From: a virus
Taxonomy: Duplodnaviria; Caudoviricetes
Direction: 5' to 3' (one strand)
Virus record (IMG/VR): IMGVR_UViG_3300033513_000010
Span: 1 to 52,861 of that record
DNA: 52,861 bases
Numbering within the stretch: the stretch's first letter is position 1; each line of letters opens with the position of its first letter. Shown here piece by piece: positions 28,078 through 37,565 of this stretch. The position numbers were made by a program, and so were the translations under genes. The notes under the pieces were generated by a model that was not told the DNA's origin, did not search any database, and saw only the letters and a program-made list of their open reading frames with translations.

Positions 28078-29493
28078 TCAATTGTCCTCCCTGCCTGTAT
28101 AGCGATACGACGGGTTGTGGCGGACGAAAACCTTCCCCGGTTTCCCCTCCGTCACTTTTGGAATGATGATGGCGGCCTCACCGGGTCCCCAATCATCCCG
28201 GTCAAGCGGGCGCATGGCATTTAACGCCGTCCAGTTCGTGCGACCTACCCGGACATAGTCCTCCGGGTAGTAAATCGTATAAAGATTGGTGGCGTGTTCA
28301 TGCACCGCCCCGGTATCCCTGACCATGTGAGGCCAGGGTATCCAGGGGGCGGTCGCCAGTGCCTCTTTATTCAGTTGCGCTGCCACGACCAGCGTGATGC
28401 CCAGGTCGCGGCAAACGTTCGAGAGAATGCCGGAAGCGCGGGTCAGCCCCGCGTAGCGGCTCTTATCCCGGTCGGCGTCCTCCAGGCGGTGAAGGGTATC
28501 AATGTATACAAACCGGATACCGTATTGGGCATGCAGCCGTCGGATTTCCACTGCAATCCGGTCGGCATCCCATGACCCAAACCGCATGTGCAGGCGATTA
28601 TCCCTCACCAGCACGCGCAACGATTCCACCGCGATTTGGAACAGGGCTTCCGGGTCGGTTCCGCTATCGGCCCAGGCGGTTTTAAGCGCCTGGATGCCGC
28701 CGGGGCGGGTGAGCGCATCGTAGGGGAGCCAACTATCCTGGGCGAGCATCCGCATCATAAAGCGCGGCCCTCGCTTTTCCAGCGCCACGTAGAGAACAGG
28801 GCCGTGCTGCTTCGCGCAATGCACGGCCATTTGTGTCATCAGGGTGCTCTTTCCGCAGCCCGGCGGCCCTGCGAAAACGAGGTAGTCCCCAAACTCATGG
28901 GCTACACCGCAGTTGTCCAGGGGGGGAACTCCGGTTGTAAATCGAGCCGGGAAAACCCCTTGTTGGGCCATCGCGATTTCTTCCAGCGCCGCTCGAAACG
29001 TTTCCGCCGTGACGTTTCGGGCGGAACGCTTATCCTCGGACAGCGCCATTACCTCCGATGCCTGCCGGGCGATGGCTTCCCGGAGTGGCGTCTCCGACGT
29101 ATCGCTGTGCGCCAGTTGCGCCAGCTTGGACGCTTGCGCAATGAGCCGCCGCCGGGTTGCCAACTCCTCGACCACGTTGGCGTATCCGGCAATGTTGAGG
29201 GCGCTTGGCGTCTTGCTGATCAATCCCAGCAGGTAGCTTTGCCCGCCGATTTCTTCCAGGCGTCCGGCCTGCTCCAGACTGCTGGCGACTGTCAGGTAGT
29301 CAATGGGAGAACGCTGCTCGTGCAGTGCGACGATGGCTTCCCATACCCAGGCATTCCGAACGATGAAGAAATCATCGGCTTGCAGAAATGGGAGCACGTC
29401 GAAAAGCGCCTCCGGGCTAAGCAGAATCGCGCCCAGGACGGCTTCTTCGGCCTCGATGTTATGGGGGGCTAAGTGGTCAGATGGCTGGCTCAT
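28078..29493 (-). CDS. dnaB: replicative DnaB-like helicase
   Basis: PHNIEAEEAVLGAIL N-domain; GPPGCGKS Walker A; YIDTL; AAQLN; RDTGAV. Confidence 0.93.
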   Translation of the reverse strand: MSQPSDHLAPHNIEAEEAVLGAILLSPEALFDVLPFLQADDFFIVRNAWVWEAIVALHEQRSPIDYLTVASSLEQAGRLEEIGGQSYLLGLISKTPSALNIAGYANVVEELATRRRLIAQASKLAQLAHSDTSETPLREAIARQASEVMALSEDKRSARNVTAETFRAALEEIAMAQQGVFPARFTTGVPPLDNCGVAHEFGDYLVFAGPPGCGKSTLMTQMAVHCAKQHGPVLYVALEKRGPRFMMRMLAQDSWLPYDALTRPGGIQALKTAWADSGTDPEALFQIAVESLRVLVRDNRLHMRFGSWDADRIAVEIRRLHAQYGIRFVYIDTLHRLEDADRDKSRYAGLTRASGILSNVCRDLGITLVVAAQLNKEALATAPWIPWPHMVRDTGAVHEHATNLYTIYYPEDYVRVGRTNWTALNAMRPLDRDDWGPGEAAIIIPKVTEGKPGKVFVRHNPSYRYTGREDN

Positions 29494-30317
29494 TCCTCCT
29501 CCTTCTTTGGTGGGGGCGGGGGTGTATACGTTCGGGCCGCCGCTTCCAAGTCCGGGAGAGTTCCACCCGGCGATGGCGCCAGTCCGGCGGCCCTGCGGCG
29601 GATAATCCCCTCGATGTAGCCGAATGGCTTTGCGATGACTTTCTTCCGTTCGCGCTGTGCTCGGCAAGCCTCGGCAATCGCATCAGCGACCGCCTGTTCC
29701 CCATACTCATTCACGAGCACTTCCAGGGCCTCTGACGGGGCTATGCCAGAGGGGTGTTTGGCCCCCCCGGCGGCCTGGCATAAAGCCACCCAGGCTTGAA
29801 GGGAAGAACTTTTAATGCCCCCCGCCTTATTAACAGAGTCTAAACCAATCTCTCTATTAAATGTAGGCGTTCCCTTTTGGTCAAAATCGTTTTTACCCTC
29901 TTGGGGATTTGGATTTTGACCAAAGGGTAAATTAACGTAGGCCGTAAATGCGGGTAAAAAGACGGGCCAATTGATACGGATATGGGTTGTTGGGTAGCCC
30001 TCAAAATGCCAGAGCGCCGCCTTTACCAACTCAAGGTCTTTTAGTCGCGCGATGGCACGGTCATATTCTTTTGGGGAGAGACGAATTTCGGCCCACCAAT
30101 CCTCCCGTCGCTTGGCAATCCAGGTCGCGCCATCGCGATGAACGACGCTTGGTTTTTCATTCCCGTCGTCGAAGGGAAGAAAATGCCAGATGATTTGGCC
30201 TAAGAGCATCCCCGCATTGAAATCCCCGGTTAAGTCCACGTAGCATTTGCGAACTACAATGGCCGGGATGCTGCGATGTTCAAGGCGGAGAAATAAATCT
30301 TTTGTCAGTTCGGTCAT
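29490..30317 (-). CDS. phage replication initiator/replisome organiser
   Basis: YVDLTGDFNAGMLLGQI, WIAK...WWAEIRLS winged helix; C-terminal YIEGII; upstream of dnaB. Confidence 0.8.
   Translation of the reverse strand: MTELTKDLFLRLEHRSIPAIVVRKCYVDLTGDFNAGMLLGQIIWHFLPFDDGNEKPSVVHRDGATWIAKRREDWWAEIRLSPKEYDRAIARLKDLELVKAALWHFEGYPTTHIRINWPVFLPAFTAYVNLPFGQNPNPQEGKNDFDQKGTPTFNREIGLDSVNKAGGIKSSSLQAWVALCQAAGGAKHPSGIAPSEALEVLVNEYGEQAVADAIAEACRAQRERKKVIAKPFGYIEGIIRRRAAGLAPSPGGTLPDLEAAARTYTPPPPPKKEEE
29870..29935. other. candidate replication origin inside initiator gene
   Basis: AT-rich linker with inverted repeat CCCTTTTGGTCAAAATC / GATTTTGACCAAAGGG. Confidence 0.5.
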
Positions 30318-30856
30318 GGTAGATGCTCCAGTTTTGAAATATCTTCGGGGGTTAGGGCAAACCACTCGTGATGAATGCGCCTGTCCCCAAAAAGGGTGTG
30401 CATAAAATGCTCAACCTCGTCTATATTGGCTACCGCTACTTGCCAGATCAATTCCAGCGGTAGTGGTGAGGCTCCGCGTAGATTATCCAATCGGTGTATG
30501 ACCGTAGTGCGGGTTTTCCCAATTTTATAAAGATTTGTATTGCAGGCCCTGACGATATAGATAAACCCTGGAACTCCGGGCGGTTTTGAGAGATAGCCCA
30601 GGTCTCTTATCTGATGAATACCCGCGTAAATTGCAGGTTTAGACAGGCCGGTGATGGCCGCGAGGCGCGGAATATCTTGTACAATGCCTTCTCCATGTCT
30701 AAAAATGGCGCAAGATATTTTTAGACCAGCGAGTGTAGTATGGGGTAGGGTATGGTCAAGAAATTGATTTGGGATGGGGGTAGAATTTGTAGGCGCGGGA
30801 AGCGGGAATCCCTCGAAACAATACCCCTCTGGGAATGGTATCGTCTTGCGTGGCAT
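30314..30856 (-). CDS. replication-protein-like HTH fused to GIY-YIG (T5orf172-type) domain
   Basis: TPIPNQFLD N-terminus; GFIYIV...YKIGKT...RL..L...EWF. Confidence 0.75.
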   Translation of the reverse strand: MPRKTIPFPEGYCFEGFPLPAPTNSTPIPNQFLDHTLPHTTLAGLKISCAIFRHGEGIVQDIPRLAAITGLSKPAIYAGIHQIRDLGYLSKPPGVPGFIYIVRACNTNLYKIGKTRTTVIHRLDNLRGASPLPLELIWQVAVANIDEVEHFMHTLFGDRRIHHEWFALTPEDISKLEHLP

Positions 30857-30880
30857 TTGATACCTCCTCCAAAAAATTAC

Positions 30881-30949
30881 AGGCTCATGTCGGCTCTCGC
30901 AGTATAGGAAGGGCGGATGGTTGCCCACTGCAAGAACCGACATGAGCCT
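30881..30949. promoter_or_regulatory. long hairpin in leader of replication genes
   Basis: AGGCTCATGTCGG.TCT.GCAGT / ACTGC.AGA.CCGACATGAGCCT with inner GGGC/GCCC hairpin. Confidence 0.6.
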
Positions 30950-31022
30950 ATAAAAATGAACCCATCGCTTTCCGGCTTCCTATGGCCGCCCGCCCCTTTA
31001 CTGGAGCGAGAATTACTGTTCA

Positions 31023-31679
31023 TTATACCTCCGGCTGCTCAATTCGGCAAGCCGCCGCCCTGTCGAGAACGCTCTCGAGTTCCCGAACGTCTGTGATGAT
31101 TCGGTTCGCCAGCGCCCGCGCCTTTTCCTGATCATCTACTGCCATAGGCCAATAGCCCGCCATGATTCGGTGGACTATCTCCTCGGCATGACTCGCCAGA
31201 ACGCCAAGCCGGGCGTTCGCGGTCACGGGTGTCCATTCCGTATGGGTTTTGGTTTTGAGGCCAATCAGCCGCCGGAACTGCTCATCTGTCATCAAGTCGC
31301 CGCCCTCCGGTGGGCTTGGTATTCGGTCAATGGCCTCAATCGCATCCACAATCGTCGGCAATTCCAGCGCCGTTCGGAGGTGCGTGTAATACACCCCCGG
31401 ACGCCCGCAGAGTTCTTCGGCGCGGGCGTTCTGTAACCAGGAAGGGCTGCCCTCATCCAGCCGCCCATAGGCCACAACCACCCGGCGGTAATTCCGAATG
31501 GTCGAGGCGGCTAACCCATTGACGCGCCGCCCGATTTCGCGGGCGGTCGTCCCGAATAGTCGCTCCGCTTCGGCGGCGGCGATGCCAATAACCAGCTTCG
31601 ATTGTGATAGGCCGTCAGCCGCGAATTGGATAACGGAAATCAAGTAGTCTTCGGTAATGTCCCTCTGTGGATACAGCAT
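31023..31679 (-). CDS. hypothetical, possible DNA-binding protein
   Basis: AREIGRRVNGLAASTIRNYRR HTH-like segment. Confidence 0.6.
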   Translation of the reverse strand: MLYPQRDITEDYLISVIQFAADGLSQSKLVIGIAAAEAERLFGTTAREIGRRVNGLAASTIRNYRRVVVAYGRLDEGSPSWLQNARAEELCGRPGVYYTHLRTALELPTIVDAIEAIDRIPSPPEGGDLMTDEQFRRLIGLKTKTHTEWTPVTANARLGVLASHAEEIVHRIMAGYWPMAVDDQEKARALANRIITDVRELESVLDRAAACRIEQPEV

Positions 31680-31681
31680 GG

Positions 31682-32446
31682 TTAAATGATACCCCCCGTG
31701 TAGTGGCCTGGGAACTGCTGAATACATTCGCCATCCAGCAATTTGCTGCCCCACGCGCCATCAATAAAGCGGTCTCCCCCGGTCTGCTTGAAGAAGAAGG
31801 GAACTTCGTAACTGCGGGCGCTATCGCGTAACGCCCGCGCCCAATCCAGGTTCATCGGGCGGGCGTCTGGCCCGCTTTCGCCCCCCACGATAATCCAGTT
31901 GAGGGCGCTCAGCGAGATGGTCGTTGGGGGCTGGCCGATGGACGGGGGTGTTTCGAACTCCCACCGGATTGGTGAGAGGAGCGGTTCGATGGACAGAAAT
32001 CGCACAATCGCGGGGACTTCCAGCAATTGCGGGATGCGCCCGGCCACGTCCTCGTTCTCAAGCGTGACGCCAAGCCAGACGTTTTGCCAGCCGTTTCCCC
32101 AATCCTTCGGGAGACGTTCCTGGATATTGCCTGAACGCTTGGTGAGTATCTGGTATGTATGCCAGGGCGTCCGGCGAATGATTTCCCAAGCCTCGTCCCG
32201 CCAGGGGTCGGCCTCCTTGATGAAGAAATCGCTGTACGAACAGGTGAAAATCTTGCGCGGCCCTCGCCAACTCTCCGGGGCATGGACTGTCCTCGGAGCG
32301 GTTTGGTGAATGTCCAGTGGGTCTTGCCCAAATCGCTGCCGCCCTCGGAAGGCGTAGCAGTTTCTACAGCCCTCCGAAACCTTCCGACAGCCAATCCAGG
32401 GATTCCACGTGGCATCCGTCCACGCGATTGTCGTTGTCTTACCCAT
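31682..32446 (-). CDS. phage Gp37/Gp68 (DUF5131) family protein
   Basis: IAWTDATWNPWIGCRKVSEGCRNCYA, QILTKR, WIIVGGESGPDAR, PFFFKQ. Confidence 0.92.
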   Translation of the reverse strand: MGKTTTIAWTDATWNPWIGCRKVSEGCRNCYAFRGRQRFGQDPLDIHQTAPRTVHAPESWRGPRKIFTCSYSDFFIKEADPWRDEAWEIIRRTPWHTYQILTKRSGNIQERLPKDWGNGWQNVWLGVTLENEDVAGRIPQLLEVPAIVRFLSIEPLLSPIRWEFETPPSIGQPPTTISLSALNWIIVGGESGPDARPMNLDWARALRDSARSYEVPFFFKQTGGDRFIDGAWGSKLLDGECIQQFPGHYTGGII

Positions 32447-32654
32447 GATAATCTCCCTTTTCTAACATGGTCTGAAACACGGCTTCCAGGCAGCGCATCA
32501 GCGTTTCTGCCTGCTCGAACGTCAGCGTAATGGTATCGTCACCCCGGCAGATGAGAATGCCTGTATAGGCATCCCGTATGACATCAATCGAGGCGAGGTG
32601 ATTGGCCGGGGCTGTCACGAAACGGATTTCGCGCGCCTCTTGTATAAAACGCAT
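32439..32654 (-). CDS. hypothetical protein
   Basis: operon packing; AAAGGTGA RBS. Confidence 0.55.
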   Translation of the reverse strand: MRFIQEAREIRFVTAPANHLASIDVIRDAYTGILICRGDDTITLTFEQAETLMRCLEAVFQTMLEKGDYHG

Positions 32655-32665
32655 GGGTCACCTTT

Positions 32666-33229
32666 CTACCAGTCGCAGGGTTCATAATCCAATTGATCAT
32701 CATTATCTGGGGGCATCAGATTCCAGGGATAAATCCCGCGCTCACGATTCATATCCTCATACGGATATCGCGCCGCACGTATTTTGGCTTCAATCGGCTC
32801 CACAACCCTGAAAGTAAGAATCCATACGAGGGGATTATCCTCATAACGTGTCCCGGATTTTCGGTTGATGTTATTCCAAAGAGCAATGAATTGCCCCATC
32901 TGATTTTCGCCTGGCGGTATACCCTCTGCTGCCAGTTCGAACCAATCCAGTTCCCCCAACCGTCCCCACCCTATTTGTGTAATTTGTAACCTTCCAATGG
33001 CGGGCTTGGTACGTCCTGGACAGATGGCATAGGTTTTACCAACTCCCCATTTAACCCGTCTTTTTTTCACATCCCCGATTATTCCGAAGCCTAAGAAGTG
33101 AGAATCGGAAGGTGTATAAAGTGTGTCATCATCGTAGCGGCAAAGTCTCTCGTCTGGTCGGACAATCCGCCGCGTTTTCCATTTTCGGCCATCCAAAATA
33201 GCCTCAGCCAATTCTGGCTTAAAAATCAT
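32666..33229 (-). CDS. ASCH/PUA-like domain protein
   Basis: MIFKPELAEAILDGRKWKTRR, AEG, F..LW, NPLVWILTF. Confidence 0.8.
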   Translation of the reverse strand: MIFKPELAEAILDGRKWKTRRIVRPDERLCRYDDDTLYTPSDSHFLGFGIIGDVKKRRVKWGVGKTYAICPGRTKPAIGRLQITQIGWGRLGELDWFELAAEGIPPGENQMGQFIALWNNINRKSGTRYEDNPLVWILTFRVVEPIEAKIRAARYPYEDMNRERGIYPWNLMPPDNDDQLDYEPCDW

Positions 33230-33262
33230 TGTTTGCCCCCTCTCCCATGACAATCTCCTTTC

Positions 33263-33362
33263 AGGCGATTTTGGGGCGGTTTTTCGCCCGCGTGGGTAAA
33301 ACCCCGCCCCCCTCACTAAAAACGTCTAAAATCGCCTCGCATATCGCACCACGTTACGCCAG
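33263..33362. repeat. dispersed hairpin element, copy 2 of 3
   Basis: AGGCGATTTT...AAAATCGCCTCGCATATCGCACCACG (33328-33353). Confidence 0.8.
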
Positions 33363-33378
33363 GAGTGCAGCCCGCGCC

Positions 33379-34476
33379 CTACTGGCCTGACAAGTGCTGT
33401 ATTGTGGCCTCTACCATGTGCTGGTAAAACTCCGGCCACCGCATCCCCTGTCCAGCCCCCAACCCCGCCAGGGCGCGGGCTTTCCAGATAATGGCGTTCA
33501 GGTCGGTATCTGGCCCAACGATTTCCAGGATGAGGGCCTTCGCATCGTCGAGGGTTGGCGGGGGGTTGGCGACGGTTGCCCGCAGGGTGACCGTACACTC
33601 GTTTTCCAGGAGTGGTGGCGTGGCTTCCTCGTCGGGATTGATTACGATTGGTGGGAGTTCTGGCAACCGGGCAACGTCCCCTGGCAGCGCCTCCGGCTCC
33701 CGGATGGCATCCTCAGCCACCGCGAGCAAGTGCGCGGATACGAACGCCGTCCATTCTGGCGACGGCGTCATCCGCAGCTGTGGCTGGCTGACGCGGATGC
33801 GCTCACCAGCCTTAGAAGTGACACTCGCTTCTGCCGGGACAAGCTCCAGCGTGAACCGAACGCCAAAGAGGCCGCGCCCGGCGGCGTTCGCCGCCTTCTC
33901 CATCAGCGTGAGCGTATCCATGATATGCTCGTAGGCGCGGATGCTGCCTGTCGAGACATCGTAATACGCCCAATCGTTCCCGACCAGGTGTGTCTCGTCG
34001 TTCGGGTCGAGGACGAAAAATGAGAGCACGGTGCAGAGGCGGCATTCCTCGCAGCGTTCATATAGGGGGTTGTCCGGGCCACCGCACGGGGCGGTATCGC
34101 CCGGCTGGAAGGGCGTCCCGTCGTCCTCAGTATAGCCCAGGACAACGCGCCCTTCCCGAATGACGCGGCTCTTGACGCTGCGGGAGAAAAACCAGTTCAC
34201 GGCCTCACCCGTCCCCTGGCAGAGCAGCGCCCCGCCGCCCGTGTAGCGCTCGTAGTATGCTCTCAGTACCTCCGGGACGGTACGCCCCGCCAGGGCGCAC
34301 GAAAGCCGGGTCGGCTCTGAGCCGTAGACGCCCGACACGATGGGGGCGTCCTTCACGACGAAATAATCCGTCTTGACCGGATGCGGCTTTTTGCCCGGAG
34401 TATCCTCCATCCGTCCAAGCCGGATACGCCCCCGGTGCTGGAGGCCGCTTCCCTGTTTCCGTCTTACGATTGGCAT
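33379..34476 (-). CDS. Gp3-like/recombination directionality factor-like protein
   Basis: GRIRLG...PVKTDYFV...YG.EPT.L, LCQGTG, C..C, DVSTGS motifs. Confidence 0.65.
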   Translation of the reverse strand: MPIVRRKQGSGLQHRGRIRLGRMEDTPGKKPHPVKTDYFVVKDAPIVSGVYGSEPTRLSCALAGRTVPEVLRAYYERYTGGGALLCQGTGEAVNWFFSRSVKSRVIREGRVVLGYTEDDGTPFQPGDTAPCGGPDNPLYERCEECRLCTVLSFFVLDPNDETHLVGNDWAYYDVSTGSIRAYEHIMDTLTLMEKAANAAGRGLFGVRFTLELVPAEASVTSKAGERIRVSQPQLRMTPSPEWTAFVSAHLLAVAEDAIREPEALPGDVARLPELPPIVINPDEEATPPLLENECTVTLRATVANPPPTLDDAKALILEIVGPDTDLNAIIWKARALAGLGAGQGMRWPEFYQHMVEATIQHLSGQ

Positions 34477-34492
34477 AAATCACACTCCCTTC

Positions 34493-34858
34493 TCACAATT
34501 CAAAGCCATCCGCCGCCTTATCGTAAAGGCGGGCGGTCACGCTTGCGGGCAATTCCTTCCGCAAACCCAATGCCTGGCGAGCCTCGTGGTCGCGCTCTGC
34601 CGCGCGGTCACGCTCCCAATCGTATTTCCCCTTCGCCACGACATCCCGCTCCGCAAGGATGGGATGGGGCACAATCCCGTGACACGTCTTAATCTCGTGG
34701 CTGATTGCGCCCGTCTCCGGGTCAACGTAAGGAGCGCCCAGGAGCGCACCGCAGGAACGGCAAACGAACTGCCGTTCGATGGCTTCCCAGGTTCGGAGTT
34801 CGTCACGGATGACGATTCCGTGCTGATAATGTTCTGGTAACTCGATGGGTGTCTGCAT
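34493..34858 (-). CDS. hypothetical Zn-ribbon protein
   Basis: CRSCG...C motif; AGGAG RBS. Confidence 0.65.
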   Translation of the reverse strand: MQTPIELPEHYQHGIVIRDELRTWEAIERQFVCRSCGALLGAPYVDPETGAISHEIKTCHGIVPHPILAERDVVAKGKYDWERDRAAERDHEARQALGLRKELPASVTARLYDKAADGFEL

Positions 34859-34928
34859 AGATTTTTTCTCCTATCTTCATTATACCCCGTTCCGCACGAA
34901 ACGCAAACCGCGCGGAACGGGGACTATC

Positions 34929-35585
34929 TCATGCCTTCTCCGAGGCTTCTGGAAGCTGAAGGGTTGTATCCTCCAGCCGCTCAATCCGCGAGATTCGCAC
35001 GAGCGTGATGCCCTGATTCGCCAGCGCCTCCAGCCGCTCCACCGGGTCGTCGTCGCGGACAACGTATTCAATAGCGGTTGGCCGGAAGACGCCGAACAGT
35101 CCCGCCCCCGGCTCGCCGGGCGCTTCCCCGAATTTGGGGGGCGGCGCGGGGATGGCCCGCCGATGGGCCAGCAGTACCCACGTCTCGCCGATGGTAAATC
35201 CCTTTGGGAGATGGTAGAGGCGGCGGCTGATACCCCGGACAAGCCCTTCCGAGATGAAAGCGTCCGGAGTGGGGTAAAACCGCTCCCCTACCCAAATGAG
35301 GAGGGAAGGGCCAAGTTTGCGGCCTTCCGCCAGGGGGCACAACCCGCCCCCGGTAACCCCACCGGGCTTTTGGCATTCCTTTCCAGCCCACAGCCGCTCC
35401 GGCTCAGCGAGCCAGCGCGGGGCGCGGGAAAAGCGCATTCCCTCTCCACAGCAGGGGCATACCCCCAACGGCAAGGGGAGCTTGCAGCATGAGGAGATGG
35501 CGTATCCGCCGACCAGGTAAAACCCGCCCGGCTTTCGCCAGCCACACCCCCGCTCCGTCTCGTAACGTGTAAAAATGGTAGGCAT
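34929..35585 (-). CDS. Cys-rich hypothetical protein
   Basis: RGCGWRKPGGFYL, CPCCG; AAGGAG RBS. Confidence 0.7.
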   Translation of the reverse strand: MPTIFTRYETERGCGWRKPGGFYLVGGYAISSCCKLPLPLGVCPCCGEGMRFSRAPRWLAEPERLWAGKECQKPGGVTGGGLCPLAEGRKLGPSLLIWVGERFYPTPDAFISEGLVRGISRRLYHLPKGFTIGETWVLLAHRRAIPAPPPKFGEAPGEPGAGLFGVFRPTAIEYVVRDDDPVERLEALANQGITLVRISRIERLEDTTLQLPEASEKA

Positions 35586-35597
35586 CGTTTTCTCCTT

Positions 35598-35861
35598 CTA
35601 TTCCTTAGTGGCGGGCTGGTCAACAACCCGCCCTCGCATTTCCCAGTGTTCGCAGGAATGGTACGTGGCGCCAATGAGTAGGAGGTGTATCGTTTCCTCC
35701 GGGGATAATTCCCCGTCAGTCTCCTGCTCCGTTGGCGCGATGGCGAGTGCTACTCCGAGCTTCGGGCAGCAGAACGCCCCCTGCAATGGGACCCAATTAA
35801 GAAAGTCGCATGTGATACAGCGCCGTACAGGTTCTCTCTGAAAATCCGGTCTACGTTTCAT
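35598..35861 (-). CDS. hypothetical Cys-rich protein
   Basis: CITC...CCP...CEHW; AAGGAG RBS. Confidence 0.6.
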   Translation of the reverse strand: MKRRPDFQREPVRRCITCDFLNWVPLQGAFCCPKLGVALAIAPTEQETDGELSPEETIHLLLIGATYHSCEHWEMRGRVVDQPATKE

Positions 35862-35877
35862 ATTTTCTCCTTTAGTA

Positions 35878-35975
35878 TTTTGGGCGATTTGGGGACGACT
35901 TCTTTGTTCCTGCGGGGGGAATTACCCTCCCCTGCTGAAAACGGCCAAAATCGCCCCCCATATCGCACCACGCCT
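35878..35975. repeat. dispersed hairpin element, copy 3 of 3
   Basis: GGGCGATTT...AAAATCGCCCCCCATATCGCACCACG (35947-35972). Confidence 0.75.
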
Positions 35976-35982
35976 GGATGGG

Positions 35983-36900
35983 CTACTCCTCCACCCCTTG
36001 ATTTGCATCTTGCAGGGTTTTCCCTGCGAAGAAATCGAATACTTCCTGAGCACGCTGCGCTGCCAACACCAGCCGCCCCGGCTCCTCTCCCAAAAACGTT
36101 GCCCAAAAGTGACGGGTATAGGCCGCCGAAGCGTCCAGCACTTCCGGCAGCCCTATCGCGCCGCACACCATCGCGGCGGTCATCTCGGCAATCAATTCCC
36201 CCAACGCATAGGCTTCCGTGCCCTTTGCGGCGTGGAACTGCTCGTCGTGATTGAGCCGGGTCGGATGCGTGGCGGCATGGGCCTGCTCGTGTGCCCAGGT
36301 GGCGTAGAAGGCGGCGCTGCTCTCGAACTGTCCGCGCTGCGGCATGTGAACCTCATCGCGCGAGGGGATGTAAGCCGCCTTGTCGCCACCGTAGACGACG
36401 GGCGCGGCCTTTCGGTAGGCTGCGATGAACTCCTCAGCCGTCACGTCCGGGTCGTGCTCGACGAGTTCCGGCGCTGGAATTTCCAGCCCGTCGCACTGGT
36501 GTTGGGCGTTAAACACCCAATAGCAGCGCCCGACAAACCGCGTCTGAACATCCACCGCGCTCTCGCCATCCTCGGAGGTCGTTTCGCGCTCGACGGTGTA
36601 TCGCTTCCAGTACAGGATGGGCGTCCCTTCCGCCCCCTTATTCACGCGCCCTCCGAGGGCCTTCGCCTGGTTAAACGTGACAAACCAGGGACACGTCCAG
36701 CCATTGAGAAACATCGCGGCGGTAGTCGCCAGGGCATTGTAGCCCCGGTAACACCCATAGCGCGGATAATTCACCAGGTTGGCTGGCGCGCCCGGCCCTG
36801 AGACGCGCCAGGGGCGCTGCCAGAGGAGGGGTTGGCTTTCGTCTTGAATGAGCGCCAGGAGGTCACTCGTGACCTTCTCGGCGGCTTTTCGGTTTAGCAT
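35983..36900 (-). CDS. ardC: ArdC-family antirestriction/ssDNA-binding protein
   Basis: WQRPW, YRGYN, TFNQAKALGGRVNKG, VFNAQ, AAYIPSRDEVHMP, HEQAHAT, YALGELIAE. Confidence 0.92.
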   Translation of the reverse strand: MLNRKAAEKVTSDLLALIQDESQPLLWQRPWRVSGPGAPANLVNYPRYGCYRGYNALATTAAMFLNGWTCPWFVTFNQAKALGGRVNKGAEGTPILYWKRYTVERETTSEDGESAVDVQTRFVGRCYWVFNAQHQCDGLEIPAPELVEHDPDVTAEEFIAAYRKAAPVVYGGDKAAYIPSRDEVHMPQRGQFESSAAFYATWAHEQAHAATHPTRLNHDEQFHAAKGTEAYALGELIAEMTAAMVCGAIGLPEVLDASAAYTRHFWATFLGEEPGRLVLAAQRAQEVFDFFAGKTLQDANQGVEE

Positions 36901-36927
36901 AGAGTTCTCCTTCGGTTTCTGCTGCTC

Positions 36928-36998
36928 GGCTGGTTTGCCGCGTCAGGCCGGGGGTGACCACCTCCCCGACGACCGGGGGCTACGCCCCGGTTTCGGCC
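36928..36998 (-). ncRNA. type II hammerhead ribozyme copy 1 (core variant CUGACGC)
   Basis: GCC-GAAA-stemIII-GUC-stemI-CUGACGC-GGC; A9 replaced by C (position 36940). Confidence 0.8.
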
Positions 36999-37000
36999 AA

Positions 37001-37465
37001 CTAAAACCATTTAGGCACATCCCCGCGCGGCCTTCCTGCGGCGTCGCAAAACCGATTATAGGCACGCTGTCGCGCCAGTCGTTTCGTCCGGCAGCGCCCC
37101 TCGTATCTTGAGACGGGTGTCCAAAATGGGATGGGCGCGGCTTTTGTGAGACGGTGAGTTTTTTCAAACCACCAATACCAGCCCTCCGCGTCGGTTTCTA
37201 TGGTATAGCGACAAGACGTTTCAAGCGTACCACGATTTTTGGAGACGGTTTGCCCCTTTGTTCGGAGGTTCGTTTTGTCTGAACACTCTACCACGCGCTC
37301 CTCGGAGAGAATTTTCCCGCGCTCCAAATAGGCCAGCAGTTTTTCCATTACCTGGCGCTGCTCGTCTGTGAGCGTATCACCCGCCTGGGCGAGAAGGGCC
37401 TTCAGTCCCTCCACCTCCAGGGCTGCTTCTTTGGCTCGTTTTACCGCCGCTTTTTTTGTAAACAT
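37001..37465 (-). CDS. hypothetical early protein (ribozyme-flanked)
   Basis: GAAGGAGA RBS supplied by repeat; MFTKKAAVK... Confidence 0.75.
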   Translation of the reverse strand: MFTKKAAVKRAKEAALEVEGLKALLAQAGDTLTDEQRQVMEKLLAYLERGKILSEERVVECSDKTNLRTKGQTVSKNRGTLETSCRYTIETDAEGWYWWFEKTHRLTKAAPIPFWTPVSRYEGRCRTKRLARQRAYNRFCDAAGRPRGDVPKWF

Positions 37466-37493
37466 CTCAAATCTCCTTCGGTTTCTTCTGCTC

Positions 37494-37565
37494 GGCTGGT
37501 TCGCCTCGTCAGGCCGGGGGTGACCACCTCCCCGACGACCGGGGGCTACGCCCCGGTTTCGGCAC
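37494..37565 (-). ncRNA. type II hammerhead ribozyme copy 2
   Basis: UGCC GAAA CCGGGG cguagc CCCCGG UC / GUCGGGG agguggucac CCCCGGC CUGACGA GGCG; predicted cleavage 37537/37536. Confidence 0.92.

Noticed and set aside
33379-34476. Integration module
   Set aside because: RDF-like family resemblance only; no integrase motifs or att site found.
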